Assembly: GCA_038496445.1 (NCBI GenBank)
Contig: JALMLS010000285.1
Span: forward strand, 1 to 64,000
DNA length: 64,000 nucleotides
Reading direction: 5' to 3'
DNA from: Trichosphaerium sp. ATCC 40318
Lineage: Eukaryota > Protista > Tubulinea
Positions 53,277-64,000 of this stretch are shown here, one piece after another (position 1 is the first letter of the stretch; each line of letters begins with the position of its first letter). The notes under the pieces are model-generated. The model ran no database searches and was not told the DNA's origin. It saw nothing but the letters and a program-made list of their open reading frames with translations. The translations under genes and the position numbers were made by a program.

Positions 53277-54473
53277 TTACAACGGAGCATCATACATAGG
53301 CCCTGCATACGGTTGAGTCGCATTCATTGTCTGTCGGCGTTTTGGAGGCGGTCCATAAACAATATTTAAAGCTCGCTCCTTAGCACGTTCAATTTGACCG
53401 TCAACAAGTGTCTCATAGGATTGGCATCGTTTCCTGTTGAACAGATTTTCTGCTTCAAGAATAGCAAACCGCTCCTGAAGTTCTGTCAGGTCACGCGTTA
53501 ACCGTTCGTTAGTATTTTCTAGTTGGGTGTGTTTACGTTTCAGCTCTCGTCTGGCTGTCCTGAGCTCTGTAATCGTAGCACTCTTTTTTTCTAGGTCTTT
53601 CTTGTATTTGTCGTTGAGCTGTTGTTGAACCTTTCGAAAATCAGACCACTTATTCTAAAGTTTACCATTAGTGGTAATGCACACAACACGTATTCGCTAA
53701 ATCTCCAATATGCTGAGGCTAGGAAGTTTTTTTTTTGTAAACCAGTTGAGTGCTAAAGGTTTTTGCGCGCGAAAAACTTGAGTTGTGGCCGATTTTTATT
53801 TGAAAATTGAGAAATAAAAAAAAGCGCTAATAGCACTCCTGCTAGCAGTTTAAACTTAAAAAAAAAACTTTCGAGCCTCAATTTTGATGAAAAAGCAAAA
53901 AAATACTCTAAACACGTTGAACGAAGCCGTATTCCCATCTACGACATTCACCGGCGGTTAGTAGCACCACATGGAAACACATTAGCTTTTCCCACCCTAG
54001 GGATGAGCTAGGGCGTTCCTCGAGAGCAACGTGCGACCTTGCACCACAGACCAGTGAACCTAGCTGCAAATTCGTTGTATATTGCAAAGCAAGAACAAGC
54101 CACCTTCGTTGAGTGTACGTAGACCGTAGGAAAAGAGGTACACCCCCACCCAGTGGTAATCTCGCATCACCAACTGTCCCCAGGAGCACTGCAACCTGTT
54201 CGCAGCTTGATGTGCAACAACTCCTTCCGCTTTGAACGTTCGTGAAAGAGTTTCAGATATGCCTACGCTGCATGCCTGTGTTAACGCCCAGGTTTTTTGA
54301 CTCCTGGAGTGTAATTCTTTGCTTTCGGCGTCTAACTGGTTACGTTGAGCCTCATACTCTTTGCTTTTGGCGTCTAACTCTTTTTGTTGGTACTCAAACT
54401 GTTCACTTATGTCCTCTAACTCTTGAGCCTCTTTGGCGTACGTAATTAGCTTGGCTTGGAGAGCTGCCGCCAT
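53277..54473 (-). CDS. Hypothetical coiled-coil protein (exon structure uncertain)
   Basis: MAAALQAKLITYAKEAQELEDISEQ.. first exon; ~125-codon heptad-rich terminal exon 53277-53655 (NKWSDFRKVQQQLNDKYKK..APL*). Confidence 0.5.
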
Positions 54474-54830
54474 TTGAACTGTTATATTTGTGGTTTTACC
54501 CGCCAAAAATTTGCCAGCAAAATTCTGCGAAGTCAAAATTAACTTGACGCTGTCACAAAAAACAACCTTGACAAACCGCAATAGCGTACCGAGAATAGAC
54601 AGCAAACATGAAGCGACGTTAACGCAAAATTGTAACCAAGGAAAGTTTCGAGTTTCATTTCAAAATCAGGAAAAGGTTGTCAATCCACACTTAGTCGTGG
54701 GGGTAGCATTTTTTGGGCGTGTCATCAACTTTGGAGATTGAACAGCGCATGAAAAATGTCATTGCAAATACAACAGAGTTAGGCAATGTCTTTAATACTT
54801 TTGGTTAGCTAAATTTACAACTCTGTTAAT

Positions 54831-55827
54831 TCATCGTTCTTGTCCAACAGTATGAACGTGCGGAGTCTCTAAACAAACAGTCACACAAACACTCTGCATA
54901 AAAAAAAAACAACCAACACGTACTTGAACGAATCTATGTGTCCACCGCTCTTTCAATGCTTCTCTGACAACATTCGTAGTCTCTTGTTTCGTTTTTTCTT
55001 GACAGAACAAAATAAAAATTGCGCTAATCTCACGCAAAGGTGAGTTCGTGTCATCAATCTAAGCGGTAAAAATAAAATGTTAGTGCCGTAATAAATGTTT
55101 CTCAATGCATTAGCCGTACCCAAGGCGCTAGCCACACGGGGTTACCACTTGATATATCAACAAAAATAACTGGTTCAATGATTTTACCAGTTGTCAGCTA
55201 AAAATTTAATCAGACGTTAATGACATTGCACTGTGCGTGGTACGTGTTTGAGATCGGCATCATTAGAGGCATGTACGTGCTTCTACAGTTCTTTAGGAAC
55301 AGAAATGTTTATATTGAGGTCTATGCGTACGGAATTCAAGTGTTCTGCAATTGCAGATGACACTCTACGCGTGAGTTCGTACTGGTACGTAGTAGAAAGG
55401 AAAATAAGTACTCTTGGCTTGTTGTGACCTGTCAATGTTAAAATTATGTTAAAATAAATAACTTACCCGTTCTCAGGCCAGTTTTAACTTCTATTGCCTT
55501 TTCACCGAGTATTTCAGTTAGTGCAGCAGTTAGTTGCTTGTGTTGTTCAGAAGGGAGAAATTTAAGCTTCAAAGCGTTCAATGTTGCTTCAGCTTGGGAT
55601 ACTGTCCATACTGTAGTCGTACAAAGGACAATACTGATTATTATAGTGCTTAGCAGCAAAGAGCATTTAAAACAGCAACAGAGGCACCCACATAAACAAC
55701 CGCAGCAACTAGTGCTTTTAACTGCTTTTGGCATTATTTTTTTTTCTGGAGTCACTTTATTAAGTGTACTGGTTGATGGGTCTTTCTTTGTACCGTCGGC
55801 TGCTTTTGTGCTTGTTGTACGCTGCAT
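54831..55827 (-). CDS. Hypothetical type II membrane protein with Cys-rich juxtamembrane segment
   Basis: Basic N-terminus, CCGCLCGCLCCCFKC then TM helix, then alpha/beta exons (KPRVLIFLST..LTRRVSSAIAEHL). Weakly reminiscent of LAP1/LULL1 lumenal domains. 3' end uncertain. Confidence 0.5.
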
Positions 55828-55903
55828 CTAAGGAAGCGACCGAAGCAAGGGAACTTAATTGCGTTAAGCGTATTGCTCTGGTAATTGCCCTTCAGTCACT
55901 GAC

Positions 55904-58249
55904 ATGATTGCACTGGGGTGGATAATATTTGCAGGTGTAGTATTCGTACGTACAGCAGGTTATTGTAAACTTTTCTAACAACCAATAAGCTTGTGGTATG
56001 CTTGAACTTCTTTATAGTGCGCTATTATAGAAGCAAGGCAGACGCAGAATTAATTCCAATCGTTGTTGCTATTATCAGCCTTTCAGTCGTCGTACGTGCT
56101 CGCAATACATTCGTAAATTCACAGGACTAGCTCTTGACAGTATTACTTATTCCAATTGATATATTTTCTACAACGGACTCACACAATGTTAAAGACGCAG
56201 AACCTATCGTAAAGAGCTTACAAATATTCTATTATGGTAAATTAACGATCGAACTTTCAAACTGACATTTCAATCCTTTAGTGTCAATACTAACGCGCTC
56301 TATTTAGCCTTTTACGCAATGGTGGTGTTCTGTATGTTCTTCTTGGTACCATTCGCGTGGTTTTGGTATGAAGCTTGGGATCCGGAGGAAGAATCAACTC
56401 CCAAACGATGTTATGATGCGTGGAAGGTACTCACATTGTTTTGATTTATTTACATTCACCTCAACAAAACAAAAAACAACTTTGGACCACCCAACCTATT
56501 TTTTGTAAGGTGCGTTATTAATCTATTTACTAGTACACAATTGGCTTTGTCATTTGTATTGTTGTACTATTTTTAATTGGATTGCTTGTTAAATGGAACA
56601 AACCAAGTTTCGATAAAAATCATATTACACAATGGATGGCTGAGCTCGTAGATGCTCAAAATCGTACGTGTCATTTGGTTTTTTTTTTCACATTAAAACA
56701 CGTGTTTGTTGATTTTTTTTGCAGGTGGCGAAAGCGCTATTGCTTTTGTTATTGCAATTATGGCGTTGGTGGGTTGCCTCATATGGATGTTCTATACTGT
56801 AAATCTACTTGATGTATTGGGGTACTAAAACAGTTTTAGGCGTATGGATTATCCGCATTACCTATTGGCATGATAAAGGGCAAGAAAGGGCGCAAGGCTG
56901 AACTAAGAAAATACGAGGTAATGATACAAACTGTTTTACAACAATTTCCTGATCCTCTATGAAGGAGGAGCAATACGTTGCACGTTCCCAACGTGAGAAA
57001 ATACAAACTAAGGAACGGTTAAGGAGAGGAGATGAAGCTCAAATAGGCCTACTGAAGGACAAAGAGCGGTACGTTGGAGTTTATCCGGGATTCCGCAATA
57101 ACTAGGAAGCCTTTCTTTTTTTGACTTACATTCATTGTAGAGTTGCAAGTCGGCGTCTTTCACGTGTAAAAAGGGCAACAGGTGGTTGGAGGCGTATATT
57201 TGTTGTATGGAGACCATTTGAAATTATTCTTGGTATCGCTTTTATGCTACTTTCACTTGCTATTGTAGTTGCAATCTTCCTAACTAATCTTGATAAAATT
57301 TTGAACTCTCATTGCGGTACAAAATGTGGTTTCATTTTACAGTACGCTTACAAATGTTACACCTTTCCTGATTAACAAAATATAGATATGGACCTAAAAT
57401 ATTTAACCCACTCGATAAACTATTGGTCATTCTAGCAAAGGTACAGCTAAAGTTTTTTTGAAAAACTGTCACCAACCTTGTTTAGTACTTCCCTGTTGAT
57501 TATATTGTTATTGGTGTTATTGCACTATACGTCTACATGTGTACTCTCACAGGAATCTCGCGTATAGGTATTCGACTATTATGGATGAAAGTACGTACTA
57601 GTCACGTGGTCTAACACGTGTTTTCTTCAAATTTTATCGATAAGTGTAATAACATTTGTATGTAGCTTTATCCTGTTCGCGCTGGTGCTACATCACCACA
57701 AGGTTTGTTATGTGCTGCATGGTTACTCATGTTGAGTACTGTGGCATTAAACAATCAGCTCATCACTATTGCACCTCAATATGTTCAGTTCGGTTCTCAG
57801 ACTTACATGGAAAATGGTACTCATGCTAGTCCATGTGATGGCGCTCATGTTACAAATTCCACGTGCAGGTTAGTGTCAAAGAGGTTTTTATTTTTCCAAG
57901 AAATATAACAAATAACGCCTACGCTTGGTTATTTTTTTTCAATTTCATGTCTTTACGCTCTTTAGGTGGACTATTGTTGGTCAAGTCACTAATCGTGTTA
58001 ACTTATCCATGCCTTGGTTTGGATTCGCATTTTACTGGTTGACATGGGGATTTATTGGTTTTTGGATGATAGGCTTTGTAATCGCAGTATTTTGCGCTAG
58101 CAAATCCAACATCGAGGTACGTTTTTGTGAATGATAAAAACCAGCACAAATTTTTTGGAAGAAAATCAAAAATGTCATTTTTTATTCTAAAGTATCTTTA
58201 GGAGCTATCAGATGATGAATATGAACCTGAAGAACCTGGCTGGGATTAG
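55904..58249 (+). CDS. LMBRD1: LMBR1-domain lysosomal cobalamin transporter-like protein
   Basis: LLIPIDIFS, FFLVPFAWFWYE, YTAYGLSALPIGMIKG, WRPFEIILGI, LTNLDKILNSHCGTKCGF, IFNPLDKLL..FPVDYI, GIRLLWMKLYPVRAGATSPQGLL, IAPQYVQFGSQTY. Confidence 0.88.
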
Positions 58250-58363
58250 TATATACAATTTATAAAGTAGATAAATGTAATTCAATCAAATCAAATAAAC
58301 GGACTTAAAACGTGTTCAGAAAACAAAAAAAAACTTTGAAATTCCGGTATTTAAAACCGCCAA

Positions 58364-59375
58364 CATGACGTCGCCATCACCTCTTACGCGTCAAGTACTT
58401 ATTTTCTACTTATGAAAGATAACCAGAAGCATTTTAACAGGTATTAGTTTCTCCGAACTCCAATGGACGATACCGACGATCTTATTGCTTCCATGGTACG
58501 TACCATTACCCTGGCAATTATAAAACGTCGTTTGGAGTCCGAAACATCAAGGACTTACAAAGATGGTTTACAATTCTACGAATATGTTTTTTGACGTTTC
58601 GTTAGCTGTGCAGGGAATCTTTTGTCTCACAAGAAGCTGGTGTTGGTGCATGGCATGGTACTGATCTTCTTAACAGACCAGGATGGGCTGGGTTTGGTTG
58701 TACAATAACTTCGGTTCCTTACAAAAAGAAGGAAATCCCGTACGCCCTGAATTGACCTTATAAACAAACTTACAAACGAATTAGTGACCGTCGCACTGTC
58801 GGAAGTAACCAGGCAATCTATTTGTTACCATGCTTCTTGATTGAATAAAGGACGCCAAAGAACAAGTCTAAACCTTGAAATAAAACCACCTGTTGTATGA
58901 GTAGAAAAAAAACTTTGAATAAAAAAAAGATGTGTAGTATTAACCAACAATGTTGTTAATTAGCCCGAAAGCATACTGCTGCACAGCACTGTGCAATAAA
59001 AGTGCACAGCCTCCGAATCTCCACGGAATTTAATCACGTGATTGTAACTTCATTGTTAAGTTGAATAAATCTTAATCATGTTTTTCACGTGATTGTAGAT
59101 ACGCGCAGATAGTCAAAATCGTTCACGGTATTTTCCAAACACAAAGTTTCCTTGTACTCCACTGCTCTCTAAGTGCCTATATCGCTATGTGCAGAAGTTT
59201 TGTAGCTCCTGAGGGTAAAATTATCTCTGTACGTGCGTCTTATTGGCCCCACTGGGAAAAAAGTGCATGTGTATGGTCGTAATGGCTCCAAACCATTGCT
59301 AGTACGCTGTAAACATCCAAAAAAACTATCTCTGGAAATTTTGAAGGAGTCTGTACGTAGGGAAACGAAATAGTT
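58364..59375 (+). CDS. Possible micro-exon-rich hypothetical gene (model unresolved)
   Basis: ATG at ~58365 followed by repeated short GT..AG-bounded segments of coding-like composition; I could not assemble a unique frame. Confidence 0.3.
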
Positions 59376-60316
59376 CTATTTATTCTGTTTGTGCAAACTG
59401 AATTAGTTGTTTGTACGTCAAGATCACTTTGTGCATACTAAAAATGTTGTATGAGCTCACGCACACGGCAAACGCCAAAGTAACTTTTATTTGGTAAAAG
59501 CGTTTTTTTTGAGCTATTATTTTCGGTCATTTCGCGTAATCAAAACTATTTGGTGGCGTTTCTCATGCGTAAGTAATGTGGTTGGGAGGAACTTTGCTTG
59601 TTTTATAGTGTAAACTCTACCTTTTGTACTGACACACTCCAATTACATGTACATTAGCTAATAGAATTGTTTTACGGAGTTACAGGTCAGTTGTTGTACG
59701 TTAGTATGAGACTTTTGGTTTTCACGTAACTTGTAACAAAAACCTAAATCAGGCACAAGTCACTTTTACTCCCCAAAATTTTACCATCACAGGTACACGT
59801 TATAAATAATACTAATAACAATTCTTTGTGCCATGTACAATTAAAAACCCAAACTAGAAACAAAAGGACATGTAGTACGCATTTTTAGATGTGTTTAGGG
59901 CAGTAGGGATGCTCAAATAGTGTTTCTTTTATCGTTGAACTGATCTTTGTTTATCGCTGTGTGCTGGGCGGAAAACGTACAGTGACAACGTAACTTGGGA
60001 TGTAAAACATATGTAGCGTACGCAGGATTCACAAAACAAGGAGCATTGCGTGTACGAGCTATTGGACTTTGGGTGGATATTGCAAAAGAATTTGCCTATC
60101 CCGCCAGATTCTAACGTGATTGTATCTATATTAAACACTCTGTGGTGAACTGGTTAGTTATGTATACTGGTAAAGTAGGGCCCTACTTATAATGTCAACT
60201 AACAAAGAGTGAGAGGAGCAATTTCTAAAGGCAAACACAAGTACTAGTCGTTAGCATTGAAGCAAAGATTCATTTTGTAGCCATCAATGTTTTTATTTTT
60301 TTTATCGTTATTTTGC

Positions 60317-62835
60317 TTACACAAGCTTCGTTAATACGTATTTTGCTACCAATCGTTTATCTGGGTCTTCGTGCCAACATAGCTTCATAACCATTTCCAA
60401 CTCTTTAGGACAATCTACAGGTTCACATTATTAGTCAAAGCAAAAAAAACCATGTTTTTACCGTTTGGTATTGGTGATGGTCTGCTGTTTCCTGTGCCAG
60501 CCAAGTCAAGTACAGTGCCAGGAGCCTTTTGCGACATGACTTCCCACCTAAAAATCAATCAATAAAGCTTTCGAGGTGTGAAAAAAACGCAAAAAACTAC
60601 AACATGAAGTTACTTACACTAAAATGCCAAAGCTGAACATGTCTGTTTTACTTGACGGTTTTTTTGCACCCAATGATACCTCTGATGGTGCGTATAAAGG
60701 GTTCGATACTTTACCAGTAGTCGGTGGAGCCAGACGCGCAGAAAATTCATTATCAACCTATCAATGTAATTAGGTGAGACTATAAAACAAACACAAAGAA
60801 AGTTGTAACATACCAATATTTTATCAGATGTCAAGCTACCATGCCACGTGTTCAATGAATGTAAAAATTCTAATCCTGATGCGACATCCCTCAAAATCTT
60901 TTTTTTAATATCGAGAGGTACTTTAATGTTAAGTTTTGTCAAAACAGATGATAGTGAACCTAAAAAAAAAGTAATGTTAGGCCTAGATGTTCATTTAAAT
61001 ATTGTTGATTAAGCCTTACCACGTCTACAGCAAGGCATGACAATATGTAATTGGTTCTTAAGTAAAAAGTATCCGTGAGCATGTAGGATATTCGGGTGCA
61101 GACGCAAGCTTAATAAAATGTCAATAAAAACTCAAGAACTCTCAAAAAAAAACATCAACTCACCTGTATGCCTTATGGATACTCAAAACTCGTTCTACAT
61201 CTGCAGTTTCTGTATATGTGTATCTCTTAATAGCCACCTCAGAGCCTTTTTCCACACCAGGTGACTGTGTATTTGCTGTACCAGTAAATAAGTTATGAGA
61301 ATTATTCTTATGAAGAGTATCTTCCTCCTTCATTGTGAAAGTCCCAGCCTCGTATTTGTTTAATGGTACACCTTAAAATTAATGTTAATTATATCGTACA
61401 AGTATTATTGTACAGAAATAAAGTCTAAGAGTGTCAAAATCAAAAAACATTTTCTTCTTTCGAATGTTTAAATAAAAACTTGACAGTACTGAAGACGTAC
61501 TTATGCCACCAAGGAACGATTTAAGCTTAATGTATTCTTGCTCGTATAGCATATTTGTACGTCTATCTTGAGGTACTAATGGTCCATTACTTGGTCGATT
61601 CTGTGTAACATTGCTTTCTTCATTGACGAGATGAACATCTATCTTAACAACATCTGATGTCTTGCTGTCGAATGCAAATAATTGACCTTTATGCCAAGCC
61701 ATAGCTCTAAGACTAAGACCATCACATCGATATGTTTTAACTTTAGAAGACAGAGGATTAATATGATAAATGTCACGAGAGTCTGAAGATATAAGAATAT
61801 TCCCAGATGGATCAGCAATACAACATCCTGCAGAAGACTCTTTTCTTGACATATTATCCTTTACAATCACCAACATTCCTCTTTGTTCATTGTACTTTGA
61901 TAGCACATAAAAGCGCTCATCTCTAGTCTCGTGTAATACAAATATTTCGTTTGTTTTTGGGTTGACACAAACATCGTGAGGTTGTCCGTTTACTTCACTC
62001 AATGTCTCAACATATCCATTACGTTTAATACGACGTATTGCGTTGTTCCAAGCGTCGACTACAATGAGATGACCGTCAGGATCAAGCGTTATAGCTCTTG
62101 GAAAGTTAAACCTGGCGTCTCTACCTGTAAAAAAGAAATTATAAGCGAATACGCAACAAGCACAACGAGAGACAGTAGTATTAGTAGTAAACATTAAAAA
62201 AAAACGTTCAAAATTTTTTTTGATCCAAAAACACAAAATAACCGTTGTCATACTGTCTTTGCTCTTACGGTTTTTTTTAATTGCGTACCATAACCTTCTT
62301 CGTAGCCTTTTACTGAACCAGCGACAGTTGTTGTATAACCGTCTTTAGATATCATACGAACTCTGTGGTTAAATGAATCTGTAAAGAAAACATTTCCGTA
62401 TGCGTCTGTACAAATCCCACGTGGGTGGCGACAAATCGATTTATCATGTTTACCATCGCGAAAACCCCATTCGGCCGGTCTACCAGAAAGAGTTGTGACT
62501 TTTTTTGTGCCAATACTTAATTGACGTATTGTATGGCTATCCCAGTCGGTAAATACGAGCTAAAGTCGTGTTACGGCGTAAAAAGGAAATAAACAGAGGG
62601 TTTTGGGGTTTTTTCGTTAGGCTTTGAACCAAAAAACTTTTGCGTACACTACCGGCTGCGTCGAAGTCCATGGAGGACACTTTGCAGACTTTTGAAAATG
62701 TGTTATGTTTGCCATCTTCTTCGTATTCAAGATTAGCTTGCTCCGCTATAATCTACACATCGTGGTAAGTTCGTGGTAGGTTACTATGTTCTAGACCTGG
62801 ATTGCTTCTGAATCTACGTTGTGAAGTTCTTGCAT
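60317..62835 (-). CDS. NHL-repeat beta-propeller fused to TKL-like pseudokinase
   Basis: NHL repeats (FTDWDSHTIRQL..VTTLSG..GFRDG; CRHPRGICTDAYGNVFFTDSFNHRVRMI; ARFNFPRAITLDPDGHLIVVDAWNNAIRRI); kinase fold VAIKR, LHPNILHAHG, LRDVASGLEFLHS..WHGSLTSDKIL, DMFSFG, CWHEDPDKR. Confidence 0.85.
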
Positions 62836-63081
62836 GGCCTACACTATCAACAAACGCCTATGAAACGATATTCGCGTCAAACACTCCAATGCTTCTTACA
62901 ATAACATTCACCACTTGGTATAAACGTATAAAGGCAAGCTACGCTGTTGTCTACTCTATCGCTAATCAACTAACGTTCTAGGCGATTTTACGGATTTGGT
63001 CGCCAACAGTCAATTTGTACTAAGCCGAAAAAGTCTGTTTGGTCTCATCAAAAGGGAACAAATACATTCTACTAATCAAAA

Positions 63082-64000
63082 ATGGCAGCTGAGGGTGCGT
63101 AACTCGAAACTGGCAGATGCCATGTGACACTTCAAGCCAAACTAATTTACTACCAACAGGCGATTCTAAGATGAAGGCCGCATACGATAAAATTCAAACT
63201 GTAGACGACAAAAACAAGCAGTTTATTTTATACATGCATTTACTAAACAAAACCGAAGTATCCTCTCTCACTGACGGCGATTACGCGCACTACTGTACGC
63301 CCTTTTAATAAAAACTGACGCTTCGCTTTATTTTAAAGCACAATGTCTGTGTTGACGATGTACAGTGAGAATCATGAAAGACTTCAGCACAGAGATAGGA
63401 ACGCTCGCTAAGACTCTACTGGATAGACTTGATGAAGTTGGAGACAAGGTACACTTATGGTACTACCAAATACCCTCTAATCACGCTATAGGCTGGTGGT
63501 AAATATAAAGAAGTAGCTGGAGGCATAAAAAAACAATTTATTGACGTAATTCCAGTCCCTGAGGCTGCAGCACCTCCGCCAGTGCGTGGTCTCGTTTATC
63601 ACGTGCTTTGTACATCTTATTGATTTCCTTTTAGCCACCACCTCCAAGTGCTGGGGCTCCTCCACCGCCACCACCACCTGCACCAGCTGCACCTCGCGCT
63701 CCTCCAGCTCCAAGAGGTCCCGGAGCAGGAGCACGTGTAAGTTAATTCTCGTTCACTAAACCTGATTTCTATGTAGCGCCCACCAGCTGCTGGACGTGGC
63801 GGTCTCCTGGATGCTATTCGTGGAGGTACACTAGAACTCTTTATTTTGATGTCACCCATCTCACACTATAGGTGCCACCTTGCGTAAGGCACCATCGCCA
63901 CAAAGTAGACCAGCAGCGAAAAAACCAGTAAGAAATGATCCACACTCACAAATGATGGCTGCTCTTGCGGGTGGTGTACGTCCTTTGTTATCTATTCACT
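63082..64000 (+). CDS. Proline-rich WH2-domain actin regulator (verprolin/WASP-like), runs off the window
   Basis: Short helical N-terminus, polyproline exons, WH2 GRGGLLDAIRGGATLRKA and a second WH2 start HSQMMAALAGG. Confidence 0.8.

Noticed and set aside
63215-63300. Possible in-frame UGA (selenocysteine) or U12 donor GTATCCTC in the WH2 gene; ADF-H domain guess
   Set aside because: The exon reads through without an intron and splices GTACGC..TACAG in frame; no ADF-H motifs appear after assembly.

Overview
AT-rich, gene-dense eukaryotic (protist-like) genomic DNA. About 30 intron-rich protein-coding genes are packed with short intergenic spacers; most introns are 40-100 nt, so the ORF track shows only exon fragments. 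Gene models below were assembled by hand from GT/GC-AG boundaries, so ends are approximate where stated. Recognisable genes include an aldo/keto reductase, UBC6/UBE2J2, ALYREF, IDH3A, a DUF4139/4140 protein, CNDP2, a family C GPCR, a DEP-DEP-RING-VPS9 protein, a UBA-RhoGEF, a phytol-kinase-like protein, CWC27, a cytochrome P450, an EEP hydrolase, a GH33 sialidase, ENTR1, a BTB protein, a Ser/Thr dehydratase, a vWA protein, a 4x lamin-tail-domain surface protein, ZRSR2, LMBRD1, an NHL-pseudokinase and a WH2 protein. The left end is a decaying ~132-bp satellite with telomere-like motifs. The most notable signal concerns the minor spliceosome. There are two frame-required, very short U12-type introns in a head-to-head GPCR/VPS9 gene pair. 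The ZRSR2 gene also has a U12-like intron nested in a U2 intron whose use would create a premature stop, a candidate autoregulatory twintron. No rRNA, tRNA, CRISPR array or intact transposon was recognised.
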